A DNA stretch of 50,354 nucleotides from Enterobacteria phage vB_EcoS_IME18. Of the stretch, positions 1 to 9,273 are shown in pieces. The stretch lies in the sequence record MH051911; one strand, written 5' to 3'. Within the stretch, counting starts at the first letter, position 1; every line of letters begins with the position of its first letter. Position numbers and translations under genes: made by a program. The notes beneath the pieces are model-generated. The model was not told the DNA's origin, did no database searches, and saw only the letters and a list, made by a program, of their open reading frames with translations.

Positions 1-151
1 CTTTTACACCATCAACTATGCCGACAACCTGAACCGCCGCGCCGAACTCAATGTCACCTTGAGCCACACAAGCGCCATCAATATTGTAGGTTGAAGTATC
101 AGAAAGATTTCCCGGACACGCCGGGCGCAACATTAAATTTTCGTAAGCCAT
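1..151 (-). CDS. gpD-like head decoration protein with C-terminal Ig-like domain, 5' portion; continues at 49738..50354 across the window junction
   Basis: ATG at 149-151 with SD GGAGAAA; frame open to position 1; N-terminus paralogous to 213..689 product; joins in frame with ORF at window end. Confidence 0.55.
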   Translation of the reverse strand, partial: MAYENLMLRPACPGNLSDTSTYNIDGACVAQGDIEFGAAVQVVGIVDGVK

Positions 152-164
152 AATGATTTCTCCA

Positions 165-196
165 TAAAAAAAGGACTATCCAAAAAAGGATAGTCC
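165..196 (-). terminator. intrinsic terminator, hairpin GGACTATCC/GGATAGTCC plus U-run on minus strand
   Basis: 9-bp inverted repeat 173-181/188-196, A8 run 165-172 (U-run on minus transcript); sits between 213..689 gene and next RBS. Confidence 0.6.
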
Positions 197-212
197 CCAT
201 ATTAAACGCTAA

Positions 213-689
213 TTACAGTTGATGCAACTGAACCTCAACAAGCTGAATATCTTTGTATTTAGTCCAGCCGCCAGCGTAGGTCCAGGTTGTTTCGATCGTG
301 CCATCAGATTTCTCTTGACCATCAACATCAAGTTTAACGGCAGAGCCGAAAGTTGGTGCTTCGGTGGATTTGGAAAGCATCCATACTCGGCCTGAAGTCA
401 TCACGTTGATAGCGCCGCCATCTTCGTAAATCATCTGATTTTGAGCGTTAACAGTCTGCCAGTGAGATCGGATTGCCACGCCGTAAGGAGTGGTTCCGGT
501 AGTAAGAGCCTTAACCAACTTATGACCATCAACCGCCTGAGCTTGAACAACTTGTACGGCAGCGCCAACAAGAACATCACCTTCATTAACGACACAAGCG
601 CCGTCAATATTGTACTTTGAAGTATCCGCAACCATACCCGGAAGCGCAATCGCCATATCTCGCTGATAAGATGCATTAATTTGTGCCAT
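213..689 (-). CDS. putative head decoration protein (lambda gpD-like position), paralog of junction gene
   Basis: ORF with SD AAGGAGAAA; located between scaffold and major capsid genes as gpD is in lambda; shares TPYG...SGRVW motifs with junction ORF. Confidence 0.55.
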   Translation of the reverse strand: MAQINASYQRDMAIALPGMVADTSKYNIDGACVVNEGDVLVGAAVQVVQAQAVDGHKLVKALTTGTTPYGVAIRSHWQTVNAQNQMIYEDGGAINVMTSGRVWMLSKSTEAPTFGSAVKLDVDGQEKSDGTIETTWTYAGGWTKYKDIQLVEVQLHQL

Positions 690-700
690 GATATTTCTCC

Positions 701-1813
701 TTACATTACTTTGCTTAAACGTGAATTTGGCGTAACAGGAGCGGCGTCGTTTTTCTCTTCCGGCTTGCCACCTTCGATAGAGTCGCCTTTTACTGCTTTA
801 CGCTGAATAGCCATGATATCAGAATCTTTAGCAACATCAAACATAGCGTCGATATATGCGTCTGATTTTTCGCTAACATCTTTATCAAGCATGGCTTTAA
901 CTACGGCAATCTTGACGTCTTTGATATCAAGACCATCATGTTTGACACCTGCGGTTTCTGCTACTGCGGTAACTTCTGCGCGTGCGGCGGCATCAGCTTT
1001 TTGCTTCTCTACTTCAGCCTTCACAAGTTCCGGCAGAGAGTCAACCTTAACCTTCAGCGCGTCGCGTTCAGCTTCGAAGCCATCAGCCTTGCCCTGAATG
1101 GTGGCAATCTGTGCGGTTAATTTTTCGATGTGGTTCGCAACGTCTTCGGTTACTTCCACATCAACGGAGTCGATCTTGATTTTTTTCATTTGCTTGTCCT
1201 CGTTAGTTGATTGAACGTTATTATAATACGGAAATTCCTGTTCAGCATCAAGGTTTAATTTAGCAATTCCAGCACGACCCTTGAAAACTAGTGCGATATG
1301 GTTGACCTTGATATTAGTCTGTACCGCGTCAAATTTCACCCAGCCTTCCGGCGGCGCTTCGTCCTGTTTCATATCCTCTTCGAAGATATATTCTCCAGTC
1401 TCATTTGAACCCCAGCCGGGCTTATCAATATCTACCGACGTATACCCTACAGATAATTCCCCGGCCTCCTTCGCTTTAGCCTTGCTGATCGCGTAGTCGC
1501 TGTAAATACTCAAAGGAACTTCAACGCCAACCCCTGAAGCAATACCAGCGCCAGCACACGATCCGACAACAACGTCCTTAGCATTTTGGGGAGTCACCGT
1601 TACGTGACCGACTGTGATCGGCTTGCCTGCAAAACTTTGCAAGGATTCTTGCTTGAAAACTTCGGACGCCGGACGGAACTCAACTCTATCGCCGTGCGGC
1701 GTTTTGTAAACCTGAGCGCCGATTCGCGCCACGATTGGGCGGTCAACTAAAAAACCGTTATCATCAAAGTGCGCCTTGATTTTTACTGAATCGAATCTTT
1801 GCTTTGCCTTCAT
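701..1813 (-). CDS. putative prohead protease/scaffolding protein
   Basis: Start reassigned to ATG 1811-1813 with SD AGGAG; C-terminal coiled-coil-like Ala/Glu/Lys-rich region; position between head morphogenesis and decoration genes. Confidence 0.55.
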   Translation of the reverse strand: MKAKQRFDSVKIKAHFDDNGFLVDRPIVARIGAQVYKTPHGDRVEFRPASEVFKQESLQSFAGKPITVGHVTVTPQNAKDVVVGSCAGAGIASGVGVEVPLSIYSDYAISKAKAKEAGELSVGYTSVDIDKPGWGSNETGEYIFEEDMKQDEAPPEGWVKFDAVQTNIKVNHIALVFKGRAGIAKLNLDAEQEFPYYNNVQSTNEDKQMKKIKIDSVDVEVTEDVANHIEKLTAQIATIQGKADGFEAERDALKVKVDSLPELVKAEVEKQKADAAARAEVTAVAETAGVKHDGLDIKDVKIAVVKAMLDKDVSEKSDAYIDAMFDVAKDSDIMAIQRKAVKGDSIEGGKPEEKNDAAPVTPNSRLSKVM

Positions 1814-1815
1814 TT

Positions 1816-2577
1816 TTAATCTCCTGTAGAAAAGTCTGGAACAGCCCAACAGCGGCAATTGTATTCCTCACCCGGGAATACATGATCGGAATCTACCGCT
1901 ATGCGCTTACCTTCCCATCTTACATGTTTTTCACGTTCGCGTAAATCCATCACCCCGCGCCAGAAATAGTAAGATACACCAGCGTCTTTTATGCGCTGCC
2001 GCATCAGTCTACTGTTCCATGTTCCGACAATTCCCGACGCCCTGTTTTTGGCCCAGCTTCGGTAAATACCAAATCGCTCCTTAGCCAGTTCAACAACAAA
2101 ATCCTTGCTTTTACCCTGACCGGATGCCGCACGAAGTTTATCAGTGAAATCAGTAACCATGTTGGCGGCAAATTTCCTGATAGAAGTAGTCACCTGCGAT
2201 CGCCACAGATTATATTGTCCTGAGTACCAGCTTTCGGCGGCGGTAGGACCAATCAGGGCAAGTAGCATAACGGCTTGATTCTTCTTACCTCCAGCATTGC
2301 GAGCGATACGCAGCCACTGCTTAGAGTTGAATTTATAGATCGTGAGCGCAACGGATGATAGAGAACCAATAATCGGAGCGATGAGTGATTCAACGTAATC
2401 AAGCAATGACCTTTCTGTCTGATCTATCTCTTCGTCAGTGGCGTCAAATTTCATCGGCTTTAATTCGTCACGCATTTTTTCAGTTAGTTTGGCTGCAACA
2501 TCCTGTAGGGAGCGCGACATTGCGCGCTCGCTCATTTCAGGATAGCGCCACTGTGTTGCAACGCCATTAATTTTCAT
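1816..2577 (-). CDS. head morphogenesis protein (SPP1 gp7 / Mu F-like minor head protein)
   Basis: 253-aa ORF directly after portal gene; sequence pattern typical of Mu F family (recalled, not searched). Confidence 0.65.
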   Translation of the reverse strand: MKINGVATQWRYPEMSERAMSRSLQDVAAKLTEKMRDELKPMKFDATDEEIDQTERSLLDYVESLIAPIIGSLSSVALTIYKFNSKQWLRIARNAGGKKNQAVMLLALIGPTAAESWYSGQYNLWRSQVTTSIRKFAANMVTDFTDKLRAASGQGKSKDFVVELAKERFGIYRSWAKNRASGIVGTWNSRLMRQRIKDAGVSYYFWRGVMDLREREKHVRWEGKRIAVDSDHVFPGEEYNCRCWAVPDFSTGD

Positions 2578-3850
2578 CTTCTAACTTCTCCCCTAATCCC
2601 GGTTCCGGTTCGGTTGTTTCTTCCGGTTCGCGAATGTTGATGTTATTACCATCCTTGAGTTTGAACTCAGGGGCAATGGATCGCAGCGTGTCGCGAGCTT
2701 CTTCCAGATCGATGATTTGCTCAGTGATAGCCTTCGTGACTGACTCAACGTTATTCTTCGTGATCTCTGATTCCTCTTTCTTACTCGGAACAGACAAAGG
2801 CTCAAACTCGATCGACCACTCTTCCTCATCAACAATGAACGGCAACAAGAACTCAAGAAGCGGCCTGTAGTCTTCCTCACGCTTGCGGTCGACTAGCTTA
2901 TAGAAAGTCTCAAGCGCTGTGTTTTGACTCGCTGATACGCCGCCTACGTTCTTATTCTTAATGATAATCTCATGAATCCCGGATAGTGAGACGATGCGGT
3001 CCATCTTGCTTGATAAGAACTCAGGAACTCCGCTGATATCAGAGTTGAGAACGTCATATTCCTCAGTCTCAGCATCGATACCGATCGCACGACCTACGCC
3101 GGAGTTATCATCAACCTGAGCAAGTCGCAGGCGCGCGGCATACTGAGCATCATCATCATCACACATTTCGGCAAGACCTTTGACCTTCCATACAGCCTGT
3201 TGCTTACGTCGCAAGATCTGAGTAGCAAGAGATTCACAGTAATCATAATCACAGATTGCATCAATCAGTGACTTGTTCAATACCGAAGCTCCCCATCCTT
3301 GATTCTGCTTTCTTGCCTGTTGCGTTACTCGTTCACCATCAGCAATAAAGACTCTTGAGTGATGAATCAGATACGGCTGCATATTGTCGCCAGGGGATAC
3401 CTTGTAAATTTCAGGCTCACCATAGCGAGGGGATCTTGCATTGGTGACTCGCTTTTCAATAGTGATAGCAAATCGATCGTAAACTCGGACGCCTTCAAGT
3501 TTGGCTCCAGGCTTTGCCTGACTGGTTAACATCCGGTTGTCGTTGATGATTGCCACCATCGCCGCGCCACCGTAAAGTCTCGCCCAACAAAGAAGATCCA
3601 CCAGACTTGAATCAAGTTTGTAGCTATCCCATAAAGACTTGAACTCTTTTTCATCCTTAACGCCTGACATTTTAAAACCAGCCGTCACCATCTCTTCCGG
3701 GATAACATCCACAATTCGCTTCGCGGTTGCGTTGTCGTTGTAGAAAGAACCTACGTGATATGATGCATCAGACATAAAGAATGGCTTAGGCGACCCGTCC
3801 GCGCCGCCGTTAAAGATATCGTTATATCCATCATGCTTAACAATTTTCAT
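2567..3850 (-). CDS. portal protein
   Basis: Start reassigned to ATG 3848-3850 with SD GGAGG; about 427 aa; immediately downstream of large terminase. Confidence 0.7.
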   Translation of the reverse strand: MKIVKHDGYNDIFNGGADGSPKPFFMSDASYHVGSFYNDNATAKRIVDVIPEEMVTAGFKMSGVKDEKEFKSLWDSYKLDSSLVDLLCWARLYGGAAMVAIINDNRMLTSQAKPGAKLEGVRVYDRFAITIEKRVTNARSPRYGEPEIYKVSPGDNMQPYLIHHSRVFIADGERVTQQARKQNQGWGASVLNKSLIDAICDYDYCESLATQILRRKQQAVWKVKGLAEMCDDDDAQYAARLRLAQVDDNSGVGRAIGIDAETEEYDVLNSDISGVPEFLSSKMDRIVSLSGIHEIIIKNKNVGGVSASQNTALETFYKLVDRKREEDYRPLLEFLLPFIVDEEEWSIEFEPLSVPSKKEESEITKNNVESVTKAITEQIIDLEEARDTLRSIAPEFKLKDGNNINIREPEETTEPEPGLGEKLEDEN

Positions 3851-3860
3851 GTTTCCTCCA

Positions 3861-3887
3861 ATAAAAAGGGCCGTCAATTGACAGCCC
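3861..3887 (-). terminator. intrinsic terminator/attenuator between terminase and portal genes
   Basis: Near-palindrome GGGCCGTCAATTGACAGCCC preceded on plus by A-run (U-run on minus transcript), followed directly by portal RBS. Confidence 0.5.
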
Positions 3888-3904
3888 TGATTATATCTCA
3901 TTTA

Positions 3905-5473
3905 TTACCGCTTAACCATCCCGGCGAGTCGCTTCATTCTCTCGATAGGATCATCAATGGTCAGCAATTCGATGTTCGCCGCATCCATGAAGTTATCGAC
4001 GATATCATCATGCGGGTGGGTGTCATCGTAAGTAAAGGCGCTGTGCTCAGCGATAATTTCAGCAAGCATAGGGTGCTCTTCTGGCAGAACCACACGCCCT
4101 GCTTTAATAACTGGCTGAGCATCCATAGCTCGGGTAACTTTGTCTTTGTTACGCTGCAATGGAGTGATGGATATCGGAGTCTTTTTCCTTAGGTTCTGGA
4201 TTAAGCCCGTACCGCTTGCTTTGTCTTCCACGTAGATTTTACGAAGCACGCCCATTGATTTATTGTGTCTCCATGCCTGATTCACGAAGGCGGTAAATTG
4301 TTTCTCCATATCCGGCGCTTCCCACTTACCGCGAATGCCGTCGATAAAGTAAACCTTGTCGTTTTTCTTACCCCACAAACAAAAGACTGTGTAGTCGTTT
4401 AGCTCACCTGTCTTCTGAGCGGTATCAGCGGTGATAAAACGGTAATCATATTTACCAGGATCTGGCTCGTCAGCGTCAAGGCTGCTTCCGTAATAAGTCC
4501 ACCACTCCGAGTTAAACACGGAGCCACCAAGCGCGATCGGCTTCTGTTGATACTGAGAATCAAAGGTGTACTGGTCCGCTTCGCGCAAAGCTAATAGGTC
4601 GTGCACACTTTCCTTGCTGGGCCAGAATGAATAATGCTTAACACCATCCAATTCTACATACTCAGACGACAAAACGTCGCGCTCGAAGTAAGGCTGCAAC
4701 CAGTCAGGAAGCGTCTTTCCGTATTCTTCCGTCACCAGCGCCGGGATTGAGATCTGGTCAAACTCAATACCCATCCCGCCATTCATCATGAACCATGTTG
4801 AATCCTGAGCGTGCAGTCTTTGCTGAATTGCAATAATAGGAGTCTCGTTATGCATACGACGAGATCGGATGGTGTTTTTCAATAGCATGTGCGTACGCTC
4901 ACGCTTAACCTTTGAGAACATATCATCAGGCTTGTCGATATCATCGAGCATTACCATCCCTGAGAATCCCGGCATCATGTATCCACCACGCGAACCTGTA
5001 ATTCGACCTCCAGCCGCAGCTGATATCAACTCAAACCAAACCTTTCCGTCTTCGTTAAGAACCTGCATCTCCTCGTCTTTCGATGTACCGAACTTGCAAG
5101 GCCATAGCTCTTGAAATTCGTTGCTGCTGATAATCTCACGGACGCGCTTACTGTTACGCTTAACCAAGCTGTCAGCAAACGACACGTTAAGGTTTCGCAC
5201 CTTCTTACACTTGAGCATTGCGTACACCGGAAGGTGAATTGAGAACACTTCAGTTTTACCGGAACCTGGCGTGACGTTAAAGATTGTATTCCCTCGCCGC
5301 CCTGCAATAATTTCCTCCACTTCGTGACATAGGTAAAGGTGATGCCAGTTAGGCTGGAACTGCTGCGCCTGCATAAGCTGGAACCAGATCCGAATCATTT
5401 TTTCGAAATTGGCCTCGCTCATTTTCTTGATCGCCAGCTTCTGTGTTGCGTTAAGGTCTTCCCATTGAATCAT
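3905..5473 (-). CDS. terminase large subunit
   Basis: 522 aa; P-loop-like TPGSGKT near N-terminus; SD AGGAGAA; gene order small terminase-large terminase-portal. Confidence 0.85.
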   Translation of the reverse strand: MIQWEDLNATQKLAIKKMSEANFEKMIRIWFQLMQAQQFQPNWHHLYLCHEVEEIIAGRRGNTIFNVTPGSGKTEVFSIHLPVYAMLKCKKVRNLNVSFADSLVKRNSKRVREIISSNEFQELWPCKFGTSKDEEMQVLNEDGKVWFELISAAAGGRITGSRGGYMMPGFSGMVMLDDIDKPDDMFSKVKRERTHMLLKNTIRSRRMHNETPIIAIQQRLHAQDSTWFMMNGGMGIEFDQISIPALVTEEYGKTLPDWLQPYFERDVLSSEYVELDGVKHYSFWPSKESVHDLLALREADQYTFDSQYQQKPIALGGSVFNSEWWTYYGSSLDADEPDPGKYDYRFITADTAQKTGELNDYTVFCLWGKKNDKVYFIDGIRGKWEAPDMEKQFTAFVNQAWRHNKSMGVLRKIYVEDKASGTGLIQNLRKKTPISITPLQRNKDKVTRAMDAQPVIKAGRVVLPEEHPMLAEIIAEHSAFTYDDTHPHDDIVDNFMDAANIELLTIDDPIERMKRLAGMVKR

Positions 5474-5511
5474 ATCAATTCTCCTATGTTGGCGCTCGCG
5501 CGCCCGTAACG

Positions 5512-6036
5512 TTAAAGCATGTCAAGAATGCTATTTACTGCGTCCTTCATTGCATCCTCAGTAGTGGCTACTACTGTCGATGCGGAAGCTGACGAGTTTT
5601 CGATATTGATTGAGGCTGGCTTGTCGATTCCGAGATCCTTACCGATAAATGAGGCGTTAATAACACCGTTGGCGGCAAGCTGGAATTTTTGCTCGTTGAT
5701 TACCGATTCCACAAACTCCATAACCTCACTGTATTCTTCCTCTCGCTTCCACTTAATGATTGCGGCCTCGCTTGCACCGATGAATAGTCGGTATCCGGTC
5801 CAGGTGAAGACGCGCGGCTTATGGACAAGCGATTCATAAACGCCACCCTGAAAGCTGGCTGATTCTGACGCCTTGATTGCATTGTCCTCGGCCCATTCGA
5901 AATACTTCACTGACAGATCGAATAGTTGCTCTGGCGTCATCGCCCGGTTTTTCGCGAGTACAGTGCCAAACTTTTTCTTGTATAGCTCTTTGAAATTACC
6001 CCCCTGGACTACGGGAGCGTTCTTAGGTTCACTCAT
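5512..6036 (-). CDS. putative terminase small subunit
   Basis: Start reassigned to ATG 6034-6036 with SD GAGGA; position immediately upstream of large terminase. Confidence 0.5.
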   Translation of the reverse strand: MSEPKNAPVVQGGNFKELYKKKFGTVLAKNRAMTPEQLFDLSVKYFEWAEDNAIKASESASFQGGVYESLVHKPRVFTWTGYRLFIGASEAAIIKWKREEEYSEVMEFVESVINEQKFQLAANGVINASFIGKDLGIDKPASINIENSSASASTVVATTEDAMKDAVNSILDML

Positions 6037-6088
6037 AAATCCATCCTCTTTGTTTAACATTTAGTGCTATTTTACCATATTGCAGGCA

Positions 6089-6112
6089 TAAAAAAACCCG
6101 CCGAAGCGGGTT
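6089..6112 (-). terminator. intrinsic terminator separating early island from packaging operon
   Basis: Stem CCCGC/GCGGG with CGAA loop, A8 run on plus (U-run on minus transcript). Confidence 0.65.
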
Positions 6113-6120
6113 AGTGTTTA

Positions 6121-6348
6121 TCACGACAATCGTCGCTTAATTCCTTTAGGGTGGGTCTGAGCTTTAGAGTAGCAGTGAGCAAGGTCGCCAGTCATCTCCC
6201 ATTGGTCCTTCTTAGGTGAGTAGGTCAGCCATACACCAGTTTTATCCTTAGCGTCCATCGCAATTGCTGCCGCAACAAGTGCGAAGCCAGCAAACAAACC
6301 AGCACCAAAAATAACAACACCAGAGATAATCAATAAAAAAATTGTCAT
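6121..6348 (-). CDS. small membrane protein, hypothetical
   Basis: N-terminal hydrophobic stretch IFLLIISGVVIFGAGLFAGFALVAAAIA; SD AGGAG. Confidence 0.5.
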   Translation of the reverse strand: MTIFLLIISGVVIFGAGLFAGFALVAAAIAMDAKDKTGVWLTYSPKKDQWEMTGDLAHCYSKAQTHPKGIKRRLS

Positions 6349-6349
6349 G

Positions 6350-6535
6350 TTAAATCTCCTTGATTAATTCAATATTTATTTTGTGAGTGTCAAGGTTAGC
6401 GCCTGAAAGTTTTTTTGCTTTCGTGATGGCTTCTGCCTGACTGGTTGCTGATAATTCAGTTTCGAAAGATTGCTTGCACGACTGGCAAAACATTCCCATC
6501 TTTCGAATAATTAATTTAACTTTGAATCGCTTCAT
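6350..6535 (-). CDS. hypothetical protein
   Basis: 61-aa ORF tightly packed against neighbours. Confidence 0.4.
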   Translation of the reverse strand: MKRFKVKLIIRKMGMFCQSCKQSFETELSATSQAEAITKAKKLSGANLDTHKINIELIKEI

Positions 6536-6677
6536 CTTCCTGCGCCTTAATCATAACGCCAGCAATGCGACCAATAACAGCCTCGCCAGGATTTAATCGT
6601 TTTTTATAACGAGTGGTTTCACCGTTGCGAGTTACTTTAATTTCAATTTTGACTGATTCATCTTTAGTGTTTTGCAT
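6516..6677 (-). CDS. hypothetical small protein (53 aa)
   Basis: ATG 6675-6677 with SD AGAGGA spacer 7; not in ORF track (below size cut-off); overlaps next gene start. Confidence 0.35.
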   Translation of the reverse strand: MQNTKDESVKIEIKVTRNGETTRYKKRLNPGEAVIGRIAGVMIKAQEDEAIQS

Positions 6678-6841
6678 TATGCAATCCTCTTGAATTTTTG
6701 CCGCTTACGGGTCTGCGGCGTTGCTTAACCACTATGCAACCGAGCTTGTTAGCTGGAAGTGTGAGAATCGTCTCACGCGTTGCGCCTAATTGCGCCTCGT
6801 CTGTCTACGGGATTAATACTATCACCGCTCAGGGATTTAGG

Positions 6842-7045
6842 TCAATCATTAATTTCGAATTGCCCCTTAGTCATATCCTGCGGGTAATCAATTTCATGAA
6901 GGTTTCCATCGTCACCGTACACATATACGAGTCTATTTGCTTTACTTACCTTTTCAACATCGTACAAGCACCCCGCTGAGAAAGCATCGCTATTGCGTGA
7001 CGTGAAGCATCGAACCTGATCGCCTTTCTTCGGTAAATTAGCCAT
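6842..7045 (-). CDS. hypothetical protein
   Basis: 67-aa ORF in co-directional tightly packed block. Confidence 0.45.
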   Translation of the reverse strand: MANLPKKGDQVRCFTSRNSDAFSAGCLYDVEKVSKANRLVYVYGDDGNLHEIDYPQDMTKGQFEIND

Positions 7046-7275
7046 TATTCGTAATCCCCTTCTTTGTTACCTACGCGCCCGGCAATATACCCGGCAGTCC
7101 AGACAAACTTGTATCGGTCGATGAGTAGCTCGACCTTTTTGTGGTGAGTAGAAATCACGTCAATCATGATCTTGTCGTTTTTACGATCTTCCTTCTTCAT
7201 GCCGCTAACGAATTTATTTAATTCCTTCGCCGCGCGCTTTACTACGTTCCATTCAACTTCACTTAAACCGAACAT
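7045..7275 (-). CDS. hypothetical protein
   Basis: 76-aa ORF; start/stop overlap with neighbours. Confidence 0.5.
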   Translation of the reverse strand: MFGLSEVEWNVVKRAAKELNKFVSGMKKEDRKNDKIMIDVISTHHKKVELLIDRYKFVWTAGYIAGRVGNKEGDYE

Positions 7276-7619
7276 TATTTACCTCCACCAAATGAGAAGT
7301 TAACATCTAAAACCTGATTGCAAACCGACTCCATGTATCGCAACTGATATTGAGCAACCTTTGAAGGACTTAATTCATCGGTAAATAAATCCTCAACGTT
7401 GATTTCTTTTTTATGCTTGCGCTTCCATGCCTTGATGATATTTGGCAAGATGCGTTCGCTTTTCCATGCTGCGAACTCAGCTTGATTCGTCGATACTGGT
7501 GTAATCTGCCTGTCGATCTGGTTAAGCAATTCAGCCGTAGCACCTTTTACGTGAAGCTGTTCACCAATCGTGTCCAGGAGTTCGCGCGCTTGTTTATCTG
7601 ACAAGTTAATCGTAATCAT
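7275..7619 (-). CDS. hypothetical protein
   Basis: 114-aa ORF; start/stop overlap with neighbours. Confidence 0.5.
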   Translation of the reverse strand: MITINLSDKQARELLDTIGEQLHVKGATAELLNQIDRQITPVSTNQAEFAAWKSERILPNIIKAWKRKHKKEINVEDLFTDELSPSKVAQYQLRYMESVCNQVLDVNFSFGGGK

Positions 7620-7825
7620 GCCTCTTCTCCTTCTTCTTCGATCGGTGTAAAGAACTGAGTGTTCACTGCCGGGTTATAATAAACTCCGTCATCATAGTCG
7701 CTTTCTTTCACTTCGATAAAAACGTCGCAACCGTCATGCATGAAATCACCATTATCAGTATGAACAAGCTCGAATACTTCAGAGGTTTTAGTGCAGGTGA
7801 AAAACTTATCAGTTGATACCATCAT
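7616..7825 (-). CDS. hypothetical protein
   Basis: 69-aa ORF; first gene downstream of box at 7886..7900. Confidence 0.5.
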   Translation of the reverse strand: MMVSTDKFFTCTKTSEVFELVHTDNGDFMHDGCDVFIEVKESDYDDGVYYNPAVNTQFFTPIEEEGEEA

Positions 7826-7885
7826 TTCGATTTTCTCTCTTCGTTGTCGATGAGGTAACTATATCAAATCACCCCATCGACGTTT

Positions 7886-7900
7886 TAGCAATTCGTGCTA
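7886..7900 (-). promoter_or_regulatory. palindromic box TAGCA-N5-TGCTA (promoter-associated)
   Basis: TAGCAATTCGTGCTA; on minus strand TATAGT lies exactly 22 nt downstream (7859-7864); overlaps stop codon of kinase gene. Confidence 0.6.
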
Positions 7901-8470
7901 TTTATTGATGAACGTGGCGGCTATGTGCTGAGCGGTAATTTCTGGATGACCTTCGACAGAAAAGAAGTCACATTCCTGATAACCGTTAACCCCGATCATG
8001 TAGTCAAGATAGATATAGTCGCGGCTGTCGTTATCAAAGCTGCAACCTTTGCGATGTATGCGGCATAGCTTGACCTGGATATCACCTTCAATCATTTGCA
8101 AGATCTCATCTTTGAATCCACCATCAGTAAATACCGAAAGGGAGTGCGACTCTTTCACCTTGCTTTCCGCTCGCATACCGAAAAAGCGATTGCCGAATTG
8201 CGGCTTGATGACCTCTTCACTAATCCAGATCATAAACTGGCGTGGGCTTTTACCGTTCAGGATTGATGCTGGCTCTTCTTTATATCGACGGTCCTCATAC
8301 AAGAACATGAAATACTCGTAGTTAGCTTCACCCAGGATTGCTCGGGCAATCTCAAACATTGGCGCTTTGAAGCTGCGCAAGGCTACGTGATCGTAAGTGT
8401 CAGCAAGGATGCATCCGATAGTGTCTTTTCCCGCTCCAGGTGCGCCGTTTAAAATGATAGCTGTTTTCAT
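7898..8470 (-). CDS. P-loop kinase (polynucleotide kinase-like or dNMP kinase-like)
   Basis: Walker A GAPGAGKDT at N-terminus; LNGKSP motif; adjacent to PNK-type phosphatase gene. Confidence 0.65.
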   Translation of the reverse strand: MKTAIILNGAPGAGKDTIGCILADTYDHVALRSFKAPMFEIARAILGEANYEYFMFLYEDRRYKEEPASILNGKSPRQFMIWISEEVIKPQFGNRFFGMRAESKVKESHSLSVFTDGGFKDEILQMIEGDIQVKLCRIHRKGCSFDNDSRDYIYLDYMIGVNGYQECDFFSVEGHPEITAQHIAATFINK

Positions 8471-8578
8471 GTTAGTATCTCCCTAAAAATAATTTTGCCA
8501 CATTGATGATAGTGTGATTGATGATTAACAGGATGATAACCGTCAATACCGGATGTGCTGCAATAAATTCGTACAGGT

Positions 8579-9190
8579 TCACTTCAATAACTCCTTGCAC
8601 TTAATACATATTTTATCGCCAAATGGCGGTAGCGGCTCAGATGGTTCATGATTGCAAACCTCATCTACGCCATGAGATTTTAAATGATCGTGAATTTTAT
8701 CGCCATAGTCAACTACGGCATACGTTGTTATTCCAAGCGAGCGGAATAATGGAATAATCTGCGGTGAGTCATCCCAAGCTGCCAGGATGTTCTCAATACC
8801 GATCGCGCGCACCGCCTCTTCTTTCATTACCGTGTCTTTGCGGTTGTCGGTGTGCGGCCTCATGACCAAGTAATCATATCGAGCGCCGTGATGCTTAAGC
8901 CATAACTCAGATGCGTAACGCACCTCATCACTTCGCCCGGTTAAAATTATTACATGATATCCAGCGGCAAACATAGAGTTCATCACATCGATCGTGCTTT
9001 GGATAGGGTTGTCAAATATTGCCGAGCGGTTAAACTCGGACCAGCTTTCAGTTAAGTGCAAATCCTTTGTCGGTAGCAGGTGAAGTCGACCAGATCCATC
9101 GCTAAGTGTTCCATCAAAGTCAAAGATTGCTACGCGGCGCGTGCCGAGAAACAGATTGATTGCCTGGCCCCAAATTGTGATTTTATCCAT
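8579..9190 (-). CDS. HAD-family phosphatase resembling polynucleotide kinase 3'-phosphatase domain
   Basis: DxDGT motif FDFDGTL, ILTGRS, DNRKDTVMKEEA resembling T4 Pnk phosphatase segments (from memory). Confidence 0.65.
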   Translation of the reverse strand: MDKITIWGQAINLFLGTRRVAIFDFDGTLSDGSGRLHLLPTKDLHLTESWSEFNRSAIFDNPIQSTIDVMNSMFAAGYHVIILTGRSDEVRYASELWLKHHGARYDYLVMRPHTDNRKDTVMKEEAVRAIGIENILAAWDDSPQIIPLFRSLGITTYAVVDYGDKIHDHLKSHGVDEVCNHEPSEPLPPFGDKICIKCKELLK

Positions 9191-9258
9191 GATTTATTCC
9201 TCTGATTGGTTGCTTAACTCAATGAAGGGCATTCTATCAAATGCCCTTGAGCAAGTTT

Positions 9259-9273
9259 TAGCAATTCGTGCTA
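9259..9273 (-). promoter_or_regulatory. palindromic box TAGCA-N5-TGCTA (promoter-associated)
   Basis: TAGCAATTCGTGCTA; TAGAAT 22 nt downstream on minus strand; hairpin AAGGGCAT/ATGCCCTT in spacer. Confidence 0.6.

Noticed and set aside
813-1120. Plus-strand ORFs overlapping minus-strand structural genes (for example 813..1097, 938..1120, 27063..27746, 42490..42777)
   Set aside because: They are antisense to long genes with clear RBS and functional motifs, have Ser/Ala/Leu-rich antisense-type composition and lack RBS; treated as spurious.
7898-8470. Confident call of the kinase as T4-type polynucleotide kinase
   Set aside because: Walker A GAPGAGKDT and LNGKSP also resemble T4 gp1 dNMP kinase as recalled from memory; the family cannot be resolved without alignment, so a generic P-loop kinase call is kept.
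8476-8578. Possible hydrophobic peptide between kinase and phosphatase genes
   Set aside because: No ATG start with RBS; only a GTG overlapping the upstream stop; too speculative to call.
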